A stretch of DNA of 15,212 bases from Chthoniobacteraceae bacterium. Lineage in GTDB: Bacteria; Verrucomicrobiota; Verrucomicrobiia; Chthoniobacterales; Chthoniobacteraceae. The notes below the pieces were generated by a model that saw only the letters and a program-made list of their open reading frames with translations, made no database searches and was not told the origin of the DNA. Within the stretch, counting starts at the first letter, position 1. Each line of letters opens with the position of its first letter. Made by a program: the position numbers and the translations under genes. Below, in pieces: positions 8,025 to 15,023 of this stretch. Location: assembly GCA_031409335.1 (NCBI GenBank), contig JANNWY010000058.1:1-15212 (forward strand). The letters run 5' to 3'.

Positions 8025-8049
8025 ATGCAGGGGGCAGCCTCTTATACCT

Positions 8050-8502
8050 ATGCAATTCGTTACAGAACTCCCATCGACTCATGCGGGCCCGGACACCTTG
8101 CGCATCGACATTCCTCACGGTCTGATCGGTCTCTCACACCTGCGCAGCTTCGACGTCACACCGGCCAAAGATGCCTGGCCATTCGTGACTCTCCACGCCA
8201 TCGGCGACGATGAACTCAACTTTCTGGCGATGGAGCCACAAAGCATTATCCCCAACTACAATCTGGAACTCACAGATTACGACGCCGAAATCATCGGCCT
8301 CACTGATCCAAAAGACGCGTTGATCTATAACATCGTCACCGTCCATCCGACGGCGAAGAACTACGTCACGGCGAACCTCGTGGCTCCGCTCGTGGTCAAC
8401 AAACTCACCCTGGTCGGCAAACAAGTCATCCTCGCCAACGGCGAATCCTTCTCCGCAAAACATCCCTTGATCGACGAACGCGAAATCGCGGCGGTCGCCT
8501 GA
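8050..8502 (+). CDS. fliW: Flagellar assembly factor FliW (CsrA antagonist)
   Basis: [34 protein letters not shown] and [11 protein letters not shown]...GKQVIL match FliW motifs; directly upstream of csrA. Confidence 0.93.
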   Translation: MQFVTELPSTHAGPDTLRIDIPHGLIGLSHLRSFDVTPAKDAWPFVTLHAIGDDELNFLAMEPQSIIPNYNLELTDYDAEIIGLTDPKDALIYNIVTVHPTAKNYVTANLVAPLVVNKLTLVGKQVILANGESFSAKHPLIDEREIAAVA

Positions 8503-8519
8503 AATGGGGGCGCGCTCTC

Positions 8520-8771
8520 ATGCTGATCCTCAGCCGAAAGGCCAGCGAAAGCATCATGATCGGAGACGACATCGAGATTCGAGTCTCGCGGATCGATTCC
8601 GACGTGGTAAAAATTGGCATTGAGGCCCCGCGTCACCTGCCCATTTTTCGCAATGAGATCTACCGGCAGATTAAAGCCTTCAACCTCGCCGCAGTGCGCC
8701 GTGCCGATGCGCAGATCCCAGCACTAAACCTTCCCAAAACGATTCCGACTATCAACGCCTCGCATCCATGA
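8520..8771 (+). CDS. csrA: Carbon storage regulator CsrA, FliW-partnered type with C-terminal extension
   Basis: [22 protein letters not shown]...[22 protein letters not shown]-binding R44 present, and N55 present (the residue needed for FliW antagonism in Bacillus subtilis CsrA). Confidence 0.96.
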   Translation: MLILSRKASESIMIGDDIEIRVSRIDSDVVKIGIEAPRHLPIFRNEIYRQIKAFNLAAVRRADAQIPALNLPKTIPTINASHP

Positions 8772-9616
8772 CAATCAATACCAATCCGGCCGCCACCGCC
8801 GCCGCCCGCAATCTGAGTCACAGCCAAGACATGCTGAACAAGTCACTGAACAGACTCAGTTCCGGCTCGAAGATCGTCCTGCCTTCCGACGATGCCGCCG
8901 GGCTCGCCGTATCGGAAAAGCTCCAGGCACAAAATCGTCGCCTTGGCGCCGCCTCGACCAATGTGCAAAATGCAATGTCATACATCCAAACCGCCGATGG
9001 TTTCATGAGCAGCATGAGCAAGGTGCTCACGCGCATGAGTGAACTTTCGATGATGGCAAAGGACGTCACGAAGAACGCGGGGGATGTCGCTTTGTACCAG
9101 CAGGAATTTCAGGCTCTCCAGCAGCAGTTGAGTGACACCGTCGGCGGTGGCGCGCTTGCAACTCCTTTGGGAACTTTCAACGGTATAACCCTTTTCGCGC
9201 CGAACCCGACGGGCCTTGCTGTGACCATCGGTGAAGGACCAGGGCAGACCATGACCATCGCGGAAACAAACCTCCAGGATGGCGCGCTGAACGCAATTCT
9301 CGGCCAGGCAGCCCCGCCTGCTTTTGATGTATCAGTCACGACCGCAAACATCGCCACCTTGGTAATCGACGCGATCCAGGATATCGCGACGGAACGCGCG
9401 ACACTTGGAGCCGCTCAATCACGCCTCGACGTGGCGTCCACGACACTCAGTGTCGAAAGTCAGAATCTCGAAGCTGCGATCTCGCGGATCCGGGATGTCG
9501 ATGTGGCCACTGAAAGCACCCAGTACGCGAAGAACAACATCCTCGTGCAATCTGGCACTGCCATGCTCGCTCAGGCAAACCAGCTTCCCCAGTCCGTCCT
9601 GAAGCTCCTTCAGTAG
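8768..9616 (+). CDS. fliC: Flagellin 1, short (282 aa)
   Basis: N-terminal MTINTN...[11 protein letters not shown]...DDAAGLAVS and C-terminal [11 protein letters not shown]...[15 protein letters not shown]...[21 protein letters not shown] overlap with csrA. Confidence 0.97.
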   Translation: MTINTNPAATAAARNLSHSQDMLNKSLNRLSSGSKIVLPSDDAAGLAVSEKLQAQNRRLGAASTNVQNAMSYIQTADGFMSSMSKVLTRMSELSMMAKDVTKNAGDVALYQQEFQALQQQLSDTVGGGALATPLGTFNGITLFAPNPTGLAVTIGEGPGQTMTIAETNLQDGALNAILGQAAPPAFDVSVTTANIATLVIDAIQDIATERATLGAAQSRLDVASTTLSVESQNLEAAISRIRDVDVATESTQYAKNNILVQSGTAMLAQANQLPQSVLKLLQ

Positions 9617-9747
9617 CAGCACGGCACTTTCGGCGCGGCTCTCGCGCTGAAACGCAGGCTTTCGGAACCGGAACATCCCAGGCGGTAGGGATGCTTCGCA
9701 CAAAATCGCTAAAACTCAGCACTCCCCAGCGCTGCCGCTAGCTCGCA

Positions 9748-11139
9748 CTAGCTCAACAAACCCTTCCCGATCCGGTATTCGTTCAACTTATTGCGAAGAG
9801 TACGAATGCTGATGTCCAGCATCTCCGCCGTTCTGGTCCGGTTGCCGCCATTCTGCTCGAGTGAACGGATGATGTGATCGCGCTCAACCTCGGACAATGG
9901 CCTCACTTGTCCCGCACCCATCGGACCGCCACCACTACACCGCGGGGTGACCTCGCGGGAAAAGGACATTGCGCCACTCCCACCAAGGCCAAGCGAATCC
10001 GCCGCAACCAAAGTCTGATCATCGGTAAGAATCGCCGCCCGTTCGATCGTGTTTTGCAGCTCACGGACGTTCCCGGGCCATGTGTGAGAACACAGCACGT
10101 CCATGGCTTGGTCTGTAAATCCCGGAATCCGCAAGCCATGCCGCCGTGAACACCGTCCCAAAAAGTGCGCCGCAAGCATCGAGATGTCGTCCAGACGATC
10201 GCGCAACCGTGGAACATGGACAGGAAAGACATTCAGGCGATAAAATAGATCTTCGCGAAATTCACCGGCGGCAACCGCCTTGGAAAGATCGCGATTCGTC
10301 GTCGCGAGCACTCGCACGTCCACCTTGATTGTCTTTGTTCCGCCGACACGTTCGAACTCGCGCTCCTGAAGGACGCGCAACAATTTCGCCTGAAGCCGTG
10401 GTGAAATCTCGCTAATCTCATCCAGCAACAGCGTGCCGCCATTTGCCAGTTCGAAGCGGCCCTCACGTCGCTCGCTGGCTCCGGTAAAAGATCCCTTCTC
10501 GTGCCCGAAAAACTCACTTTCGATCAAGGTGTCCGAAACTGCCGCGCAGTTCACTTTGATATAAGGTGCCTGCGAGCGCCCACTGCCGTGAAAGATCTCG
10601 TGCGCCACAAGTTCCTTACCAGTCCCGTTCTCGCCTTGAATCAGCACCGTGGCTTCTGTCGGTGCCACCTTGCGAAGCATCGACCTGAGAGAAACGATCG
10701 CCGCGCTATTACCGATCAGGTCACTGGCATCGCTGACTTGCGCTGCCAGGTATTCATTCACTTGAACCACCTGACGGTAAGACTCCGCCTTCTTGACGAT
10801 CACCTCGATTTGACCCAGCGAGAATGGCTTGATGAGATAGTCGAAAGCTCCGCTCTTCATGCAATCGACCGCCGTTTCAATCGTTCCGAATCCACTCATC
10901 ACCACCGTGAGTGGGCGGTGTGGCAGATTCGCGAGTCGGTCTAGCAGATCCGTCCCGCAACCGTCCGGGAGTCGCACATCAAGGAATAGCAAATCGAATG
11001 CATCCCGTCTCAACAGCTTTTCCGCATCTTGAAGGGTGCCCACCGTCGCAATGCCATACCGCTTTGGACGCAGCAATTCCTCGAAGCTCTTTCGAATCAT
11101 CGGCTCGTCATCGAGAACGAGTATCTTTTCAATTGCCAT
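9748..11139 (-). CDS. Sigma54-dependent response regulator (REC-AAA+-Fis HTH), FleR/FlgR/NtrC family
   Basis: REC (LVLDDE, LLFLDVRLPDG, MSGFG, YLIKPF), Walker A GENGTGKE, ESEFFGHEKGSFTGA, Walker B LLLDEI, FREDLFYRLNV, WPGNVRELQN, HTH NGGNRTRTAEMLDISIRTLRNKL. Confidence 0.95.
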   Translation of the reverse strand: MAIEKILVLDDEPMIRKSFEELLRPKRYGIATVGTLQDAEKLLRRDAFDLLFLDVRLPDGCGTDLLDRLANLPHRPLTVVMSGFGTIETAVDCMKSGAFDYLIKPFSLGQIEVIVKKAESYRQVVQVNEYLAAQVSDASDLIGNSAAIVSLRSMLRKVAPTEATVLIQGENGTGKELVAHEIFHGSGRSQAPYIKVNCAAVSDTLIESEFFGHEKGSFTGASERREGRFELANGGTLLLDEISEISPRLQAKLLRVLQEREFERVGGTKTIKVDVRVLATTNRDLSKAVAAGEFREDLFYRLNVFPVHVPRLRDRLDDISMLAAHFLGRCSRRHGLRIPGFTDQAMDVLCSHTWPGNVRELQNTIERAAILTDDQTLVAADSLGLGGSGAMSFSREVTPRCSGGGPMGAGQVRPLSEVERDHIIRSLEQNGGNRTRTAEMLDISIRTLRNKLNEYRIGKGLLS

Positions 11140-11174
11140 TGGGATCTATCGCGCTGGTGCCCTCGTTGACGCGG

Positions 11175-11558
11175 TCAGCGCGCGGTCGCGTGGCCGTAAA
11201 GCCGTTGCAGTTGCGCGGCAGCCGGGCGCATTGCTGGGAGCTGCACTCTTCGCTGCATCGTGCATTTGAGCAAAAGCTGTTCGTTTTCCCGATCAAGCAG
11301 CAGGGCTTTCATGATTGTCTTCTGCGCTTTCTTCACGCATTGCCGGACTTCTGTGGAAGTGGGCAATGATTCTGTTAGTCCCGCGCGCAATCTCTCCAAA
11401 GAGAACGAGAGTGTTCCCAGCAAGACACTCTTCCGACTCAGCAGGGTGTCCGCGGGAGGTTGTCCGGAACGCCGCAGATGGCGATTCTCTTCAATCATGA
11501 GATCGTAGATCTCGTCGCAGAGTGCAGTGTGGCTGGTCAGGGTCTCGGGCAGGCTCAT
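11175..11558 (-). CDS. Small helical protein, probable FlgN-like flagellar export chaperone
   Basis: 127 aa, helical/coiled-coil pattern with early 'LMIEENRHLR', 'LLSRKSVLL' and late 'LLLDRENEQLLL' resembling the FlgN layout; flagellar context; 6 nt downstream of the TPR gene. Confidence 0.6.
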   Translation of the reverse strand: MSLPETLTSHTALCDEIYDLMIEENRHLRRSGQPPADTLLSRKSVLLGTLSFSLERLRAGLTESLPTSTEVRQCVKKAQKTIMKALLLDRENEQLLLKCTMQRRVQLPAMRPAAAQLQRLYGHATAR

Positions 11559-11564
11559 GGGAAT

Positions 11565-12875
11565 TTATTGATTGACTGATGCGGACTTCGCGCTTTGGGG
11601 ACGCGACTCCGGTAAGGATTGGGGTTCACCGAGCAGACGCTGCAACTGGGTCTCGGCCGTGTAACTCCACGCCAGTTGCTCGCCACGCCACTGGGCCATC
11701 TGGAGTAAATTGGCAAGGGTCTCCGATAGTTCGACTCCATCGGTTTCACCCTTCTTTGACTGATCAATAATGTACTTGTATGCCTCGCCTGCCCGACTAG
11801 TCAGGCGCAGCCGTTCAAACGTAAGTCCCATCTGGTAGATCACGGGCCATTGCCACTCTGGATCTTCACTGAGTTTTGCGAGTGTCTGATAGATCGAAAG
11901 CGCGCTCAGGAAGTCACCCTGCTGATAGAATTGATTGGCAAACTCGTTGCCTGTCTTTTTTTGCCAGTATGCCCATCGTTCCGGTGCCTTTTCCCTCAAC
12001 GCTTTCTCTCCCCGCAGCAATGCGAGGACCACATCGAACGCTTCCTTCTTCCGGCCAATGGAGCGAAGCGCCGAGGCTTGGATGAATCTCACTTCCGGAA
12101 CTGCGGGATCTTCGGGATAGTCGGTTAAGAACCTGTCTGCCGCGGTCACTGCACCCGCGGAATCATCCAGCAGGAACTGGCAGTGCAACAATTTGAAGCG
12201 CACTCGCGGACGCTGACTGTCCTCCAGTTCAGTGCGCGCAAGAAGCTGGTAAAATTTTGCCGCCTGCTTGTAGTCGCCAGTCAGCAGGTAGGTTTCGGCG
12301 ATCTCCATTTGAGCGCGTTGCGAGAGATCGCGATAGGAATCAACCCCGCGCTCGTTAATTTTCAGAGCGGTATTGAGCACGCTGTAAAAGCGCGACACTG
12401 CCCGGCCATATGCTCCGGTTTCACGGTAAAGCTGGCCGGCCTTGAAAAGAAACTGAGGCAGATCCGGATCGGTCGGGAATAGTTCGATCATCTTCTCCAG
12501 GATCGTTACCGCCTTGGTCAGTTGACGGTGCTTTTCGTACTCCTCCGACAATTCCCGCAACGCGGCCTTCTTTTCCGAGTTGCCGCATGGCAATTCGACG
12601 AGCAGCCGGAGGAAATGGTCCGCGAGCGGCCACTTTTTTTGATCGGCTGCCTCCCGGGCCAGTTGCGTGTAGCCGGCAATTTCAGTCTCTATGCTGACAT
12701 CATGCGGGCTCGCGGGTCGGGCAGGAATGCGGATCTCCTCGGGTTCAGCGTGCCCGGTTTCGCTTTCCACGCTGCGCGCGCTATGTGGCAAGGAACTCAG
12801 CGTCAATGCCACTAAGGCGGTGAAACGTAGTGAATTACTTTTGGACGGAAGTAGCTTTGCTTTTTGGCAGGTCAT
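11565..12875 (-). CDS. Exported TPR protein in a flagellar operon, 436 aa
   Basis: Hydrophobic N-terminal segment LRFTALVALTLSSLPHSARS; TPR units (FLFKAGQLYRETGAYGRAVSRFYSVL; AQMEIAETYLLTGDYKQAAKFYQLL; VIYQMGLTFERLRLTSRAGEAYKYII). Start overlaps the upstream gene by 41 nt, so it is uncertain. Confidence 0.8.
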   Translation of the reverse strand: MTCQKAKLLPSKSNSLRFTALVALTLSSLPHSARSVESETGHAEPEEIRIPARPASPHDVSIETEIAGYTQLAREAADQKKWPLADHFLRLLVELPCGNSEKKAALRELSEEYEKHRQLTKAVTILEKMIELFPTDPDLPQFLFKAGQLYRETGAYGRAVSRFYSVLNTALKINERGVDSYRDLSQRAQMEIAETYLLTGDYKQAAKFYQLLARTELEDSQRPRVRFKLLHCQFLLDDSAGAVTAADRFLTDYPEDPAVPEVRFIQASALRSIGRKKEAFDVVLALLRGEKALREKAPERWAYWQKKTGNEFANQFYQQGDFLSALSIYQTLAKLSEDPEWQWPVIYQMGLTFERLRLTSRAGEAYKYIIDQSKKGETDGVELSETLANLLQMAQWRGEQLAWSYTAETQLQRLLGEPQSLPESRPQSAKSASVNQ

Positions 12876-13332
12876 TGGGCATTACCGGCTGAAAGATGGG
12901 ATCGAAGAGGTAAGCGCGACGAACGGGCCTTCCTTCCGTGTTTTTGAAGAACTCCAGTACTTCATCTGGCACTTTGGAGAAGTCCGGCTGCAACGGCTTT
13001 GGATTGGAATCCACCGTGTTGCCACCAGGAGCAGCCGAAGCGGCAACATGCTCGGCGGGCTGCTTCGCTTCCAGAACTGGCGCTTCCGGCGCGACTTCTT
13101 TGCTCGCGATCACCGGCGCGGCAGGCGGGCGGCGCTGTTCGCACTGCGGCGCGGACGCCGAAAACCGCATCGGCAGTGGTCCTCTGCTCGCGAGGTAGCC
13201 CTCTGGCTTAAAAATATGCGGATACGAAACCGTTTCCTTAAACTGCTGCCGTGGAGCAATCGTGTCGCCTGCGCGCACGAACCCGCCCGCGCACAAGGCA
13301 AGCAAGGCAAGGCAAGTTGGAAGATTTTGCAT
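12835..13332 (-). CDS. Hypothetical secreted Pro/Ala-rich protein, 165 aa
   Basis: ATG 13332 gives signal peptide MQNLPTCLALLALCAGGFVRA-G. The track start at 13389 lies in the terminator tail and upstream of the sigma54 motif. Ordered-looking motifs YLASRGPLPMRF and VPDEVLEFFK...LFDPIFQP...LPKSKAT flank a low-complexity core. Confidence 0.65.
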   Translation of the reverse strand: MQNLPTCLALLALCAGGFVRAGDTIAPRQQFKETVSYPHIFKPEGYLASRGPLPMRFSASAPQCEQRRPPAAPVIASKEVAPEAPVLEAKQPAEHVAASAAPGGNTVDSNPKPLQPDFSKVPDEVLEFFKNTEGRPVRRAYLFDPIFQPVMPNDLPKSKATSVQK

Positions 13333-13344
13333 CACGTCATACTC

Positions 13345-13360
13345 AGCAACTTCCTTACCA
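13345..13360 (-). promoter_or_regulatory. Putative sigma54 (-24/-12) promoter for the minus-strand four-gene operon
   Basis: Minus strand reads TGGTAA-GGAAG-TTGCT: exact GG-N10-GC with a perfect TTGCT -12 box. It lies between the flagellin-2 terminator and ATG 13332. Confidence 0.7.
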
Positions 13361-13382
13361 TCCGAACGAGCGGATCGCTCCC

Positions 13383-13425
13383 AACACAAAGAAAGCTCCC
13401 CCGGATAACGAATCCGAGGGAGCTT
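13383..13425 (-). terminator. Rho-independent terminator of flagellin 2
   Basis: Minus strand aagctccctcggat-tcgtt-atccgggggagctt (14-bp stem, one G-U) followed by tctttgtgtt; starts 28 nt after the flagellin stop. Confidence 0.85.
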
Positions 13426-13452
13426 CCCCTGCCATTTTGGCAGAATTGCCTT

Positions 13453-14253
13453 TTAACGCAGCAGTGTCAGGACCGACTGGGACGAGGCATTCGCCTGTGC
13501 CAGCATCGCCGAACTCGCCTGCACGAGGATGTTGTTCCGTGCGAGTCTGGTGGATTCACTCGCCACGTCCACGTCCACGATCCGGCTGTTGGCCGCTTCG
13601 AGGTTCGTCCGGTTTGCGGTCAACAGATCCCCCGCGAAGCCAAGGCGGCTGCCTTCCGCGCCGTTTTGCGCGCGTGATGTGGCCACCGAGGTGATCGCGT
13701 CGGTAATCCCAGTCGTCGTCGCAGCGCCGATGCTCCCGAAACCGACCACGGCAGCAACTGCCGTCGTGAGTGCCGATTGCGTGACGGTCAATGTTTGAGC
13801 ACCGTCTTCCGATGTTTCAACAGTCAGACCCGCCGCGTTGTCGAACAGCGCCACCCCGTTGAATTTTTCGGAGGTGATGCTGGTCAACTGCGTTTTTAAC
13901 GCGGCGAATTCCACGTCATAGTTGGCGATGTCGGTCGCACTCTTCGTTACGTCCGTGGACAACGTTTTCAGCTCGGCGATACGCTCGAGGACTTTGCCCG
14001 CTGTCTTCAAGCCGCCATCCTGCGTTTGCAGGAAGGACTGGGCATTGGCGACATTCGTGCTGGCAGCGTCGGTTCGGCGAAGGGCCGCCTCCATACGCAT
14101 CGAGACCGCGAGGCCGCCCGCATCATCGGAAGGCGCCGTGATCTTCGACCCGCTCGAGAGACGAGCGAGGCTCTTTTGAAGCATCGAATTGTTGTTGTTG
14201 AGATTCACCGAAGCAGCGGTCGCTGCAGTGTTAGTGTTAATTACGAGACTCAT
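13453..14253 (-). CDS. fliC: Flagellin 2, very short (266 aa)
   Basis: MSLVINTN...[14 protein letters not shown]...DDAGGLAVS and C-terminal RAQNGAEGSRL...NLEAANSRIVDVDVA...MLAQANASSQSVLTLLR; SD aaagga upstream; own terminator. Confidence 0.97.
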   Translation of the reverse strand: MSLVINTNTAATAASVNLNNNNSMLQKSLARLSSGSKITAPSDDAGGLAVSMRMEAALRRTDAASTNVANAQSFLQTQDGGLKTAGKVLERIAELKTLSTDVTKSATDIANYDVEFAALKTQLTSITSEKFNGVALFDNAAGLTVETSEDGAQTLTVTQSALTTAVAAVVGFGSIGAATTTGITDAITSVATSRAQNGAEGSRLGFAGDLLTANRTNLEAANSRIVDVDVASESTRLARNNILVQASSAMLAQANASSQSVLTLLR

Positions 14254-14260
14254 TACTTTG

Positions 14261-14298
14261 TATCCTTTCTTGGATTTGATCTGCGACTTCCGCGTCGC
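14261..14298 (-). promoter_or_regulatory. Putative pair of CsrA-binding sites in the flagellin-2 leader
   Basis: mRNA reads gcgac-gcGGAa-gtcgc (5-bp stem, GGA in a hexaloop, 14298-14283) and then aaaGGAua overlapping the SD (GGA at 14265-14263). Confidence 0.6.
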
Positions 14299-14361
14299 GA
14301 CGGGCCACTTTGTATTCGGTGTCTGACCTCACCGGACGGGGCATTCGCTCCGACACTTGAT

Positions 14362-14388
14362 GAGTCGGCAGGAGATCTTGCGGCTTTA
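14362..14388 (-). promoter_or_regulatory. Putative sigma28 (FliA/SigD) promoter of flagellin 2
   Basis: Minus strand TAAA-gccgcaagatctcct(15 nt)-GCCGActc versus consensus TAAA-N15-GCCGATAA; about 110 nt upstream of the flagellin ATG. Confidence 0.7.
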
Positions 14389-14447
14389 GCGCTTTCGTCG
14401 AAAAACTTTGCAGATGCGCACGCGTCCTGTTCTTGGGTCAGGACGAA

Positions 14448-15023
14448 ATGTTCGCCCGATTGCCGTTTACGACCGCCAGTATTGCGATGCTCGCACTGTT
14501 CCCTTGTGCCGGTTCGGATGTCGGGCAGGAATTCAAGCCACCATTCGGCCTGGCATGGCAAATGCGCGCGATCGATCTGGAAGTCGCACTGGTCGGTGCC
14601 AATGGCCAGATCCTTACTCGAACGAAACACGCCCGTGAGGGGGAAACGTGGTTTGTCGAAGGCTTGCCACAACTGGCGCTACAGCGTGTCAAATTCCATC
14701 TCGCAAAAGACCGTCTCGTCGCCGTGGAACTTGAATATGGAAAGGTGGACTGGACCGCCGCAAACTATGACGGTTTTATGAGAAGCGTCCACCAGCGCCT
14801 CGAAGAGAAACACGGGGCTGGCACGCAAATCGTCAGGAAACAAGAGTCGGGCCGCGGTGTCATGCAAACTTTGCTCGGCTACCGATGGCCAGTGACTGGT
14901 GGCTCTATCGAGCTAATTTACTTTGCTGCGCAAAATCCAACCAACATCTTCCGAACCATCAGCCTCCACTACGCGTCTGAACCACCTGAAGTGTTATCAG
15001 AAAACGCGGCTGACTCCCGCTGA
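14448..15023 (+). CDS. Hypothetical exported protein, 191 aa
   Basis: ATG 14448 preceded by agga; signal-like N-terminus (MFARLPFTTASIAMLALFPCAGS); PFGLAW motif and alternating beta-strand patterns (VKFHLAKDRLVAVELEY, SIELIYF, ISLHY). No family recognised. Confidence 0.7.
   Translation: MFARLPFTTASIAMLALFPCAGSDVGQEFKPPFGLAWQMRAIDLEVALVGANGQILTRTKHAREGETWFVEGLPQLALQRVKFHLAKDRLVAVELEYGKVDWTAANYDGFMRSVHQRLEEKHGAGTQIVRKQESGRGVMQTLLGYRWPVTGGSIELIYFAAQNPTNIFRTISLHYASEPPEVLSENAADSR

Noticed and set aside
8520..9616. Prophage csrA-flagellin-TldR (RNA-guided flagellin remodelling) cassette
   Set aside because: No TnpB/TldR-like ORF, guide-RNA region or phage genes; fliW and other flagellar genes indicate a host locus.
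9617..9747. Intrinsic terminator or sigma28 promoter between flagellin 1 and the regulator
   Set aside because: Stems exist (tttcggcgcg/cgcgctgaaa; catccc/gggatg) but lack a clear U tract, and the TAAA near 9710 has no GCCGA at 15-nt spacing.
8768..14253. Invertible phase-variation segment between the oppositely oriented flagellins
   Set aside because: The genes are diverged at synonymous sites even in conserved blocks; no invertase or hix-like sites seen.
12691..14781. Long plus-strand ORFs 12691-13677 and 14026-14781, and similar antisense ORFs such as 1171-2097, 2326-3207 and 6488-7414
   Set aside because: Shadow frames of well-supported genes in GC-rich DNA, with no recognisable motifs.
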